34,187 bases of DNA from Deinococcales bacterium (lineage in GTDB: Bacteria; Deinococcota; Deinococci; Deinococcales; JAAFIG01), in NCBI GenBank assembly GCA_043778225.1, contig JAYWGM010000031.1:1-34187 (forward strand), given 5' to 3'. Positions 9,845-18,342 of this stretch are shown in pieces. The notes beneath the pieces are model-generated. The model was not told the DNA's origin. It did not search any database and saw only the letters and a program-made list of their open reading frames with translations. Both the position numbers and the translations under genes were made by a program. The stretch's first letter is position 1; every line of letters starts with the position of its first letter.

Positions 9845-12826
9845 ATGTGGCAATTAACGATTTCGCAACGCTTACGGCTACTCGAGCGACGAATGCTTGA
9901 ACTCTCGGCATGGCGCAATGCGCTTGAAGTTCCAATCCTCGAGTGGAGCATCCAACCACCCTTACAAGCTGCCCGTCCGATTCGTCTGGGCGAGCCTTGG
10001 GGCTTTTCTGATGGTACAGATGGCTACAACACCCACACACAGGGCGCGGTGCGTTTTGAAACCAATTTGCTCGTGCCGCCAGCTTTGGCGGGTTTTCCAG
10101 TCGAACTCGAGCTTGACTTTGGCGGCGAGGGCTTTCTGGAGATTATCGGCTCGGGTGGCACAATTTTTCGTGGCGGCTTAAATCCATTCCATAGAGCCTT
10201 TGTATTACTCGAGCAGGCGGCTGGACTCGAGCCATTTCAAATTAAGCTCGAGGTTGTGCCAAAAGGTTTATTTGGCGCAAGAAACGAGACCCCAAGCCTC
10301 AGTCGAGCGCATTTGGTAGCGCCACACCTCGAGATTCGGGAGTTTTTAACCGACCTTGAAACGCTGCATCAGGTGGCGGTAGCGCTCGATACCCACGAGG
10401 TTGTGCCACATTTATTAGCGGCTGCCGAAGATGTTTTTGAGCATTTAGTCTGGACCAGCAATGCTACCGATTACCTCTCGAGGTTAATGCACGGTACGCT
10501 CGGTACACCATTCGAGCGCAGTATTTTATGGAGCTTGCCAAGTCTGCCAGCCCTTAAACCGCTCGAGTCAGACTGGCTTTTGGGGATTGTGGCGGCTCGA
10601 GGAGAGTTAGCGATTCATCTCGAGAAAATTGCCAGTTTATACCCAGCCCAAGGCAATTTGGCGCTGACTGGTCATGCCCATATAGACTTAGCTTGGCTCT
10701 GGACTATTTCCGAAACGCGGCGCAAAATTCAGCGCACTTTTGGCACAGTGCTGGAATTGATGAAGCGCTATCCAGATTTTACTTTTAACCAGTCGAGCGC
10801 CCAAGCCTATGCGTGGCTCGAGCAAGACGACCCTGCGATGTTCCAAGAAATTGTGGCTCGAGTCCATGAAGGGCGCTGGGAAGCAATTGGTGGGATGTGG
10901 GTTGAACCCGATGGGCAAATGCTGCATGGCGAATCTTGGGTACGGCAAATTCTGTATGGGCAAAGCTACTTCCTCGAGAAATTTGGGCGCACTTCAGAAG
11001 CGGCGTGGTTGCCAGACACTTTTGGTTTTAACCCGCAATTGCCACAACTGCTGCGTTTGGGCGGCATGGATAAGTTTTTTACCACCAAATTGCGCTGGAA
11101 TGAAACCAGTCTTTTTCCTCACGATTTATTTATTTGGTCTGGCTTGGATGGCTCAACAGTCTTGGCGCATTGCTTTTGGAACAAGTTCGATAGTTATAAC
11201 GCGCTGCTTGACCCAAAAAGTATTCTCGGGACATGGCAGAATTTTATCGGTAAAGCCAATAAAGCGTGGCTCAAGCACCCAAACCCACCACGGAGTTTAT
11301 TGTCCTTTGGCTATGGCGACGGTGGCGGTGGTCCAAGCCGTGAACACCTTGAGGGTTACGCGAGGCTGCAAAACTATCCAGCCATGCCCAAGCTCGAGAT
11401 GACTCGAGTGGACGATTTTTTTGGCATACTACCGACCGATTTACCTGTTTGGCACGGCGAAATGTATTTAGAACTGCACCGTGCCACCTTAACCACCCAA
11501 GCCAAAATTAAAAAACTGCACCGAGCGCTTGAACACCGTTTGCTCGAGAGCGAAATATGCTGGTCTTTGGCGTGGCTCGAGGGGGAAAGCTACCCAACAG
11601 CCCAACTCGAGCGGCTTTGGAAAACGCTTTTGCTGCATCAGTTCCACGATATTCTGCCCGGCTCGAGCATCCGCCAAGTTGTCGAAGATGCCGAAGCTGC
11701 GCTCGAGTCGGCATTGCAAGAAACTGTTGACTTACAAAAGGCTGCGCCAAAAAATGGGCAATTGCGTAGCGCACTCGAGCAAACACAAGCCGACCTGAAA
11801 GAAGTCAGTCAGACCCAAGTTCAGGTGCAAGCCTTGCCCGGTGGTTCATACATCCTCGACTCGAGTTCTTGCCAAGCCACGATTAGCCCAAGCGGTTGGC
11901 TGACCTCTTTCAAAGACCAATACGGCACAGAATTTTTGGCTGCACCTGTGGTTTTGTCATCGCAGCACGATGTCCCCAGAGAATGGGAGGCGTGGGACAT
12001 CAACCCAGCCCAGACCATGCCGCTCGAGAGCCGTGTCGAGATAACCAAGCTCGAGTCTGGTGTGCAAGTAAAACATTACTGGCGCGATTCGATTTTTACC
12101 CAAGATTACCACCTCGAGTCTGGGCGTTTGGTGGTCAAGAATCATGTCTTATGGCAAGAAAAACGGGTTTTGATTCGTGTTGAATTTCCACTAACACTGC
12201 ACATTCAACAAGCCTATTTTGAAAATGCTTTTGGGGCAGTGCAACGCCAAACCTACGCCAACACCGCCAGCCAAGCCGCCGCTTTTGAAGTTGCGGCGCA
12301 CCGTTTTGTACTACTCGAGTCTGCCAACAAAAACTTGGCACTGCTGAACGACTGCAAATATGGTTTTGCAATCAACAATAATTTACTCACGATGTCTTTG
12401 CTGCGCGGTTCGTTGTATCCCGACCCAATGGCGGACTTTGGCGAACATACTTTTAGCTATGCCTTGGATTTTTTAGCCGACTGCAACCAAGCTGATTTTG
12501 TACCACTCGAGCAAGCCACTCGGGCTGGAATCGAATTTAACAGCCCCATTTTGGCGGCGGCTCAGCACTTGTTCTCGAGCCACCTGATACTGAGCGCTGT
12601 ACACAAAAGCCAAACCGACGATGCTTTGATTGTGCGTTTTTACGAGTCTTGTGGGCGGACAAAAATAGAAAAACTTGATTTTACGCCATTTGCGCCAATC
12701 CAAATCACTCAAGTGGATTTCTTAGAGCGCCAATTGGAGGTGCTTGAATTGACCCAAGGGGTTGTGTCTTTGCCTGTCAAGCCTTTTGAGGTGATTACCC
12801 TCAAGCTGTACTTGGGAAAACAATAG
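9845..12826 (+). CDS. GH38 alpha-mannosidase
   Basis: GHAHIDLAWLW, GGMWVEPD, WLPDTFG nucleophile, GYGDGGGGP, GEMYLELHR, QFHDILPGSS, LLNDCKYG. Confidence 0.95.
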   Translation: MWQLTISQRLRLLERRMLELSAWRNALEVPILEWSIQPPLQAARPIRLGEPWGFSDGTDGYNTHTQGAVRFETNLLVPPALAGFPVELELDFGGEGFLEIIGSGGTIFRGGLNPFHRAFVLLEQAAGLEPFQIKLEVVPKGLFGARNETPSLSRAHLVAPHLEIREFLTDLETLHQVAVALDTHEVVPHLLAAAEDVFEHLVWTSNATDYLSRLMHGTLGTPFERSILWSLPSLPALKPLESDWLLGIVAARGELAIHLEKIASLYPAQGNLALTGHAHIDLAWLWTISETRRKIQRTFGTVLELMKRYPDFTFNQSSAQAYAWLEQDDPAMFQEIVARVHEGRWEAIGGMWVEPDGQMLHGESWVRQILYGQSYFLEKFGRTSEAAWLPDTFGFNPQLPQLLRLGGMDKFFTTKLRWNETSLFPHDLFIWSGLDGSTVLAHCFWNKFDSYNALLDPKSILGTWQNFIGKANKAWLKHPNPPRSLLSFGYGDGGGGPSREHLEGYARLQNYPAMPKLEMTRVDDFFGILPTDLPVWHGEMYLELHRATLTTQAKIKKLHRALEHRLLESEICWSLAWLEGESYPTAQLERLWKTLLLHQFHDILPGSSIRQVVEDAEAALESALQETVDLQKAAPKNGQLRSALEQTQADLKEVSQTQVQVQALPGGSYILDSSSCQATISPSGWLTSFKDQYGTEFLAAPVVLSSQHDVPREWEAWDINPAQTMPLESRVEITKLESGVQVKHYWRDSIFTQDYHLESGRLVVKNHVLWQEKRVLIRVEFPLTLHIQQAYFENAFGAVQRQTYANTASQAAAFEVAAHRFVLLESANKNLALLNDCKYGFAINNNLLTMSLLRGSLYPDPMADFGEHTFSYALDFLADCNQADFVPLEQATRAGIEFNSPILAAAQHLFSSHLILSAVHKSQTDDALIVRFYESCGRTKIEKLDFTPFAPIQITQVDFLERQLEVLELTQGVVSLPVKPFEVITLKLYLGKQ

Positions 12827-12844
12827 CCAGGATAGCCTGTGAAG

Positions 12845-12865
12845 TGTAGGGGCGAACCTCTGTGT
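12845..12865 (+). repeat. Truncated GTAG-family REP half
   Basis: TGTAGGGGCGAACCTCTGTGT matches the 5' arm of the REPs at 9727 and 33480(rc); the 3' arm is absent. Confidence 0.6.
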
Positions 12866-12909
12866 CATTGACTCCAACTTAATCAAGAAATTCGTGTGCA
12901 GCGCAAAAA

Positions 12910-13127
12910 GTCCTCCCCTGTCGTTAGACAGTTGGGAGGTCTCACGAGCGACCCAAGCGACCATGCCCGAAGGTGCGTGTCTATGGTCAAGAAGCCCGCA
13001 GGTGCTGCTGTAGTGGTCAAGAAGTGCAACGAGTGACGGAGGGGTCTGCGGCGCGTAAATGAAGAGACGCTGTGCAAACCCCTCCGACGCGCTTCGCTTG
13101 CCACCTCCCCTGTTTCGCGTGGAGGAC
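12910..13127. mobile_element. MITE-like non-autonomous inverted-repeat element carrying nested insertions
   Basis: Terminal IR GTCCTCC (12910-16)/GGAGGAC (13121-27); inner IRs GGGAGGT/ACCTCCC and CGGAGGGGT (13037-45)/ACCCCTCCG (13078-86); AAAAA on both flanks (12905-09, 13128-32); no coding capacity. Confidence 0.7.
12949..13024 (+). mobile_element. Two nested copies of a 37-39 nt hairpin micro-element
   Basis: Copy C, CGACCATGCCCGAAGGTGCGTGTCTATGGTCAAGAAG (12958-12994), splits copy D, CGACCCAAG|CCCGCAGGTGCTGCTGTAGTGGTCAAGAAG (12949-57 + 12995-13024); same family as 33389-33464(rc). Confidence 0.75.
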
Positions 13128-13232
13128 AAAAACCAAGTGCTAGGTCATGGACTAGAAGATTAAGTTTATTGTTAGAAAAAGCAAAAACGATTAAGCCGAA
13201 GTACATCACCTCCGTGTTCTCACTGTCTTAGC

Positions 13233-14291
13233 CTAAGCAAAAACAGCCCCCAATAATGCCCCGATTGCCAACAACCATGTTGAATTGATTTTATACTGTA
13301 CCAAAGCAAGGAAAGCCAAAAGCGCAATCAAGCCAGTTGATACACTAAAAATTGCATCCCTAGCCAAAAGAACCGCCACGCCAAGCATCAGCCCCAGTGC
13401 TGCCGCATTGATTGTATCCAAGAGGCGACTTGTCCACGGTAAAGCTCGTAATTTCTCGAGCCAAGCGTGCGTCAGCCAAACCAATAAAAAAGCCGGCAAA
13501 AAAATGCCAAAGGTCGCAAGGAGCGCCCCACCAAAACCCGCCATCTGAAAACCAACAAAGGTAGCACTCGAGAAGACTGGACCAGGAGTCAGTTGCCCAA
13601 TCGCAATGGCAGCCAAAAGTTGCTGCTCGGTCAGCCAACCGCGCAGCACAAATTCGTTTTTAAGATATGCCACCAAGACATATCCACTGCCGTATAAAGT
13701 TGCGCCAATTTTTAGGAAAAGCAAAAAAACCAGACTCAGGCTAATTGGCTCAAGAACAACAACTTTTTGCCAGCCAGTCAAGAAAAAATGAGCCGTTACC
13801 AAAATAACCAAGAGTAAAAGCTCATTCAAACCCAGCCAATAGCCAAGGGCGGCTACAGATGCCACCACCCCAAGGCTCGAGGTTTTCAAGGCTGTAGGCA
13901 TCAAGCCCCAAATCGCTTGGGACACCACCGCAATCACAACGGGTTTAATACCCAGCAAAATGCCAGTAGCAACGGGGGTTGTGCCAAACTGCTGATACAG
14001 CAGTGCAAAAAGAAGGGTCAGGCTGGCGGCTGGTAAAATAAAGGCAGCCCCGCCAAACCATAACCCGCGCCAACCCGCTCGCTCGAGTGCAATGTGCATC
14101 ATAAGTTCGGTGCTGTTTGGACCTGGAATTAGATTCACAATTCCCAAATAATCCAAAAAGCGTTGCTCGGTCAGCCAGCCGCGTTTAACCACCACTTCTT
14201 GGCGCAACATCGCAATATGGGCGGCTGGACCGCCAAAAGCAGTTAGCCCCAAACGCAGCATCAAAACAACAACTTCGGACAAGGCAGTCAT
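13233..14291 (-). CDS. chrA: Chromate efflux transporter (CHR family)
   Basis: GLTAFGGPAAHI, IPGPNS, second-half YGSGYVL and TPGPVF repeats. Confidence 0.92.
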   Translation of the reverse strand: MTALSEVVVLMLRLGLTAFGGPAAHIAMLRQEVVVKRGWLTEQRFLDYLGIVNLIPGPNSTELMMHIALERAGWRGLWFGGAAFILPAASLTLLFALLYQQFGTTPVATGILLGIKPVVIAVVSQAIWGLMPTALKTSSLGVVASVAALGYWLGLNELLLLVILVTAHFFLTGWQKVVVLEPISLSLVFLLFLKIGATLYGSGYVLVAYLKNEFVLRGWLTEQQLLAAIAIGQLTPGPVFSSATFVGFQMAGFGGALLATFGIFLPAFLLVWLTHAWLEKLRALPWTSRLLDTINAAALGLMLGVAVLLARDAIFSVSTGLIALLAFLALVQYKINSTWLLAIGALLGAVFA

Positions 14292-14320
14292 GGTTTAGAG
14301 CTTAACAAAGTCTTGTCAGC

Positions 14321-15394
14321 CTACAACGCTGGAAATAAACTCCCTTGCTGCAATTCTCGAGTGGCTTTTTGTTGCTTTAAGACCGCCTCGAGTTTAACAA
14401 TCATTTCGGGGTCAAAGCGTGTTCCAGATTCAATCCGAATGCGGTCTAAGGCTTCGTTGTTGTTCAGGTCTTCGCCACGGTCGGTGGTCAGCATATCAAA
14501 GGCGTTGGCAATGGCAATAATTCTCGAGAACATTGGAATGGCTTGTCCGCGTAAATTGCGTGGTCCGCCAGACCCATCAAAGTATTCGTGGGTGTGCAAA
14601 ATTGCAATTCGGGCAGTCTCGAGTTCAGAAACACGCTCGAGTAAATTAAAGCCAAGGCTGGCGAGGCTAACCTCATCGGCGCTGGGGTCGGATAAGCGCC
14701 CTAAGTCGTGGAGCATACTGCTAAACCACAAATCGTTTTGCTCGGGGGCAGTTAAACCCAATTCTCGAGCCATTGCCATGGCATAACTGGTCACGCGCAC
14801 TGCATGACCAAGTTGATTAAATTCTTGGGCTTCGATCGCTTCGACAAAAGTCAGGGTTAAATTCCAAGCTAAAGAGCGCTGCTTGGTCATGTCCATAAAA
14901 CTAGCAAGGATACTGGTGACAATCGCGCCCCAACGGGTCTGATTTTCTAAGGCACTCGAGGCAAAGGATTCGTTGCCATAATTCTCGAGCATCATTGCAC
15001 CGCGCACCCCTGTGCCACGGTCTTTGAACGGAATAACCAAGCATTGCTTAAATTCGCGTAAACCCATGCTCGACAATTTGGCTCGAGCTTCGGGCAGGTT
15101 TGGGTTAAAAAAGTCACCGCTTGGGTTGGTGGATAAGCGCGAAGTACCATCATTCCAAGGACCGACCAATTCGATGCCAAGGTATTCGCTGCCGTACCCC
15201 TTGACGGCAGCAATTTTGTCTGTGCCATTGGTGCGAATCACTGCCCAAGCGCGAGTGGCGGCAGGGGCAAGGGTCATGGCGCTGCTCATGGCGCTCTCGA
15301 GTAAGCCCTTGAGTGTCCGTGCCATCAAGAGTTCTTGGGCAGCACGGAGATAATCAAAATTCTCGGAGGGTTCGGCTACTTTACGTCGAAACAT
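14321..15394 (-). CDS. GAF-like plus degenerate HD-GYP domain protein
   Basis: GHAVRV, MLHDLGR, HTHEYFDGSGGP..L.G..IP..SRIIAIANAFD, GTRFDP; GYP is replaced by GGP. Confidence 0.85.
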   Translation of the reverse strand: MFRRKVAEPSENFDYLRAAQELLMARTLKGLLESAMSSAMTLAPAATRAWAVIRTNGTDKIAAVKGYGSEYLGIELVGPWNDGTSRLSTNPSGDFFNPNLPEARAKLSSMGLREFKQCLVIPFKDRGTGVRGAMMLENYGNESFASSALENQTRWGAIVTSILASFMDMTKQRSLAWNLTLTFVEAIEAQEFNQLGHAVRVTSYAMAMARELGLTAPEQNDLWFSSMLHDLGRLSDPSADEVSLASLGFNLLERVSELETARIAILHTHEYFDGSGGPRNLRGQAIPMFSRIIAIANAFDMLTTDRGEDLNNNEALDRIRIESGTRFDPEMIVKLEAVLKQQKATRELQQGSLFPAL

Positions 15395-15410
15395 TGTTCT
15401 TGAGTATACG

Positions 15411-15881
15411 CTATTGCCCTAATAAAGTTTGGGCTTGAAAAAGATTGATGCCACTTTTCACCAAGGCAATTAAGCGCTCAAAGCTGGCTTCTTCTTCGAC
15501 TTGTTCCTCGAGAAACCATTGCAAAAAACCAAAACCAGTAAAATCAGCATCGGCAAGCGCCGTGGCTGCCATGGTTTGAAAAGCCTTAGTAACACGCTTT
15601 TCTTGTTCTAAACTCTTTTCTAACACCTCGAGCGGGCTGGCATAATCAACGGGTGCTTCGGGGATGGCTGGCAGTTGGGCTGGGCTGCCGGTCTCGAGCA
15701 AGAAATGAAAGATTTTTAGGGCGTGTTGGCGTTCTTCGCTGCTTTGTTTTTCAAAGAATTTTGCCCAACCCTCGAGATTCTGAGCGTGGAAATATCCAGC
15801 CATACCGAGGTAGGTTTGCGAAGCCGAAAATTCATAACCGATTTGGGCTTGGAGTTGGGTGGTTAAAGCGGCTGACAGCAT
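15411..15881 (-). CDS. ftnA: Ferritin
   Basis: QIGYEFSASQTYL, EERQHA, LEQEKRVT, FLQWFLEEQVEEE ferroxidase motifs; AAGGAG RBS. Confidence 0.92.
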   Translation of the reverse strand: MLSAALTTQLQAQIGYEFSASQTYLGMAGYFHAQNLEGWAKFFEKQSSEERQHALKIFHFLLETGSPAQLPAIPEAPVDYASPLEVLEKSLEQEKRVTKAFQTMAATALADADFTGFGFLQWFLEEQVEEEASFERLIALVKSGINLFQAQTLLGQ

Positions 15882-15903
15882 GAGTTCTCCTTTTGAGAAT
15901 CTT

Positions 15904-15928
15904 CTTATTAGGAATGATTCCTAATAAG
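15904..15928. promoter_or_regulatory. Perfect 12-1-12 palindrome, probable Fur-family (Fur/PerR/Irr-like) operator of the ferritin gene
   Basis: CTTATTAGGAAT-G-ATTCCTAATAAG, overlapping a minus-strand extended -10 (TGTTATGCT) upstream of ferritin. Confidence 0.7.
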
Positions 15929-16041
15929 CATAACAGAAAACATTGGGCAAGTCGTTGTGTAAATTACATTTTTGGCATACGTCCCGCACCAAGCGCGTAT
16001 ACTTTTTTTTGAGGTTCGTGAGCTTGAACCATGGAGTTGCT

Positions 16042-16995
16042 ATGAACCCACTGATTGCACCGCAAATGGCAGCCCTCGAGATTCGCTTGCGTCAAGTGGT
16101 CAAATCCGAAGTTGAATTTATCGAACTCATCGGTGAAGATTTACTCGATGCTGGTGGCAAACGCGCCCGTCCTCAACTGGTTTTTTTGGCGGCTCGAGCC
16201 TTGGGTGTACAAGACCCTCGAGAAGTGGATTATGCTGCTGTGATTGAATTACTGCACAGCGCCAGTCTGCTGCACGACGACCTGATAGACGATGCCGATA
16301 CACGGCGCGGCAAGGAAACCGCCTTTAGGCATTATGGCAATGTCGTTAGCGTCATGAGCGGTGATTACTTGCTTTCGCGTTTAATGATCATGCTTGCCGA
16401 TTTTGGCAGTGATGCTGGGCAGTTTGTGCGCTTAATCGGCAATACCTCGAGAACCATCTGTGAGGGCGAAGTGTTGCAATTCCAAGTGGCTTCGCTTGGC
16501 ACATACAGCATCGCTAATTATTTCAGTATCATCACAGGTAAAACTGCTTCCTTGGCAGCCGCCGCCACCCGAGGGGCTGCCATGCTTGCCAAAACCGACT
16601 TTGCTACCCAAGATGCCCTAGAGACTTTTGGACTCGAGTATGGACGGGCATTTCAGATTCAAGACGATATTCTTGACCTGATGTCCGACGAAAAAACCAT
16701 TGGTAAACCGATTGGCGGCGATTTGCACGAAGGCAAAGCCACCTTGCCGATACTTTATCTGTTAGAAAACAACAACCAAGAAGCCCTCGATATTCTCGAG
16801 CGCCGCGCTAACCGCCAAGGCGACGTTGCCCGAATGCGGGCTTTGGTACAAGCCGCCAAAACCGATGACGAAGCCCGTCTCGAGATGCGCCGTCGGGCAG
16901 ACAATGCGATTCGCGCCCTTGAATGCCTTGCGCCGTCGCCAGCCCGCTTGGCTTTAGAAGCGCTGGCGGCTCGAGAGTCTGAGCGCGTTGCCTAG
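16042..16995 (+). CDS. Polyprenyl diphosphate synthase (HepT/IspB-like)
   Basis: GGKRARP, LHDDLID..RRG first and FQIQDDILD second aspartate-rich motifs, KT; start at ATG 16042 after GGAG. Confidence 0.93.
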   Translation: MNPLIAPQMAALEIRLRQVVKSEVEFIELIGEDLLDAGGKRARPQLVFLAARALGVQDPREVDYAAVIELLHSASLLHDDLIDDADTRRGKETAFRHYGNVVSVMSGDYLLSRLMIMLADFGSDAGQFVRLIGNTSRTICEGEVLQFQVASLGTYSIANYFSIITGKTASLAAAATRGAAMLAKTDFATQDALETFGLEYGRAFQIQDDILDLMSDEKTIGKPIGGDLHEGKATLPILYLLENNNQEALDILERRANRQGDVARMRALVQAAKTDDEARLEMRRRADNAIRALECLAPSPARLALEALAARESERVA

Positions 16996-17047
16996 CATCG
17001 AAAGTCTGAGCGCGTGCCTAGCATCGAAAGTCTGAGCGCGTGCCTAG
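16971..17047 (+). repeat. Tandem triplication (26-27 bp unit) of the polyprenyl synthase 3' end
   Basis: TCGAGAGTCTGAGCGCGTTGCCTAGCA / TCGAAAGTCTGAGCGCGTGCCTAGCA / TCGAAAGTCTGAGCGCGTGCCTAG. Confidence 0.93.
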
Positions 17048-17100
17048 AGTTCAGCCCAATTTCAGTTTTTGCCTCTACCCTTATTGTCGGAGGTCAGACA

Positions 17101-17601
17101 ATGGAATTATTACGTGGCTCAGAAGGACAAAAACGCTTTAGCGAGTTGGTCAAGGGTATTCGCTATGCAATGCTCACTACCACCTCGGACAATGGCAATT
17201 TACGCGCCAGACCGATGTTTACCCAAGATGTGGATTTTGATGGTGACATTTGGTTTTTTACCAATGCCGCAAGTGGTAAAGTCAACGAAATTAAAGCCGA
17301 TTCGCAAGTCAATGTCGCCTATGCCAAACCAGAGGCACAAATGTATCTTTCGGCTTCTGGCACAGCCAAAATGGTACGTGACCGCCTAAAAATTCACGAG
17401 CTGTGGAAGCCAGAATATAAAATGTATTTTCAAGCTGGCTTAGACGACCCCAATCTGGTTTTGTTGTGCGTCAGTGTGACCGAAGCTGAGTATTGGACTT
17501 CGGAGCATAATCCTGTGCTGCGTTTAATTGGTTTAGCCAAAGCGCTGGTCACCAAAGATGTCAGCCAATTGGGTCAGCAAGGCAAAATAGAAATCGGATA
17601 A
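17101..17601 (+). CDS. Pyridoxamine 5'-phosphate oxidase-like FMN-binding general stress protein
   Basis: AMLTT..G.LRARPM, DGDIWFFT, VNVAY, Y.S.SG.A, G.DDPNL.LL.V....AEYW; GGAGG RBS before ATG 17101. Confidence 0.88.
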   Translation: MELLRGSEGQKRFSELVKGIRYAMLTTTSDNGNLRARPMFTQDVDFDGDIWFFTNAASGKVNEIKADSQVNVAYAKPEAQMYLSASGTAKMVRDRLKIHELWKPEYKMYFQAGLDDPNLVLLCVSVTEAEYWTSEHNPVLRLIGLAKALVTKDVSQLGQQGKIEIG

Positions 17602-18207
17602 TCACAAAGTATTCAACACCCGAGCCTCGAGTCCAGACAATTCACGTTTGGCTCGAGGAAAAATACCAAACATATCGTGCAATTCGGTTTCTGGGGGCAA
17701 TTGACTCGAGACCAGACTGCCCCAAAATGGGGCTTCCCCCCAAAATTCTGCCCGAAAAACCCATGTATTGGCGTGCCGGTAAGCCACGGCATAGGTCGCC
17801 CCAAGTTGACGCAATTCAGAGAAATTCGATTTGCCTTGCTCGAGCCGTGTGACCGCAACTCGAGGGCGCAAACGAATAATGGCTTCTTGAATCCGAACCC
17901 GATGGGTCAAACTGGTATCCGAGCCAATCACCAGACGCACCAGATCGTAACCCGCCACGTTTTTGACCACCCGTCCGCCAACACTGACTTGTTCATGGGC
18001 GGCTTGATAGGTTAAGCCCAACACATCCTGACGCACTGGGGCTGCCTCGAGTAAACCAACACCCGCTGATAAGAGCCAATCCTCGAGGGTCATCGGCAAG
18101 CGTGGAGCGCGGTATTGCAGCCCGACTGGCAGTGCATCCTCGAGTTCTGGCAAAGTCGTTTCACCAGAAACAATCGCGTACTGGTCTTCGGCGTAAATGG
18201 TAATCAT
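17602..18207 (-). CDS. Short GlcE-like FAD-binding oxidoreductase subunit
   Basis: GGRVVKNVAGYDLVRLVIGS motif typical of GlcE; only 201 aa. Confidence 0.75.
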   Translation of the reverse strand: MITIYAEDQYAIVSGETTLPELEDALPVGLQYRAPRLPMTLEDWLLSAGVGLLEAAPVRQDVLGLTYQAAHEQVSVGGRVVKNVAGYDLVRLVIGSDTSLTHRVRIQEAIIRLRPRVAVTRLEQGKSNFSELRQLGATYAVAYRHANTWVFRAEFWGEAPFWGSLVSSQLPPETELHDMFGIFPRAKRELSGLEARVLNTL

Positions 18208-18229
18208 GACTTTAGACTAACCCATGCAC

Positions 18230-18285
18230 CCCATGTGGAAACTGGTACAGCATCCCATGTGGTAACTGGTACAACACCCATGTGG
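18230..18285 (+). repeat. Tandem 23-24 bp repeat (2.4 copies) in a divergent promoter region
   Basis: CCCATGTGGAAACTGGTACAGCAT / CCCATGTGGTAACTGGTACAACA / CCCATGTGG. Confidence 0.88.
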
Positions 18286-18342
18286 CGCTACTTTTCTGCC
18301 CTCCATGTTGCCGTATTGACAATTTGGCGCTATGCTGGGTTC

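Noticed and set aside
12864..13153. GTCATTGACT / GTCATGGACT as a target-site duplication around the MITE region
   Set aside because: Imperfect, not adjacent to the terminal inverted repeats and plausible by chance
12883..13209. 108-aa ORF (and 12722..13129) as real genes
   Set aside because: They run across the MITE and nested micro-elements, resemble no protein family I recognise and have no convincing start signals
18316..18336. TTGACA plus TATGCT as a -35/-10 pair
   Set aside because: The spacing is only 9 nt; only the -10 is credible for the leaderless start at 18343
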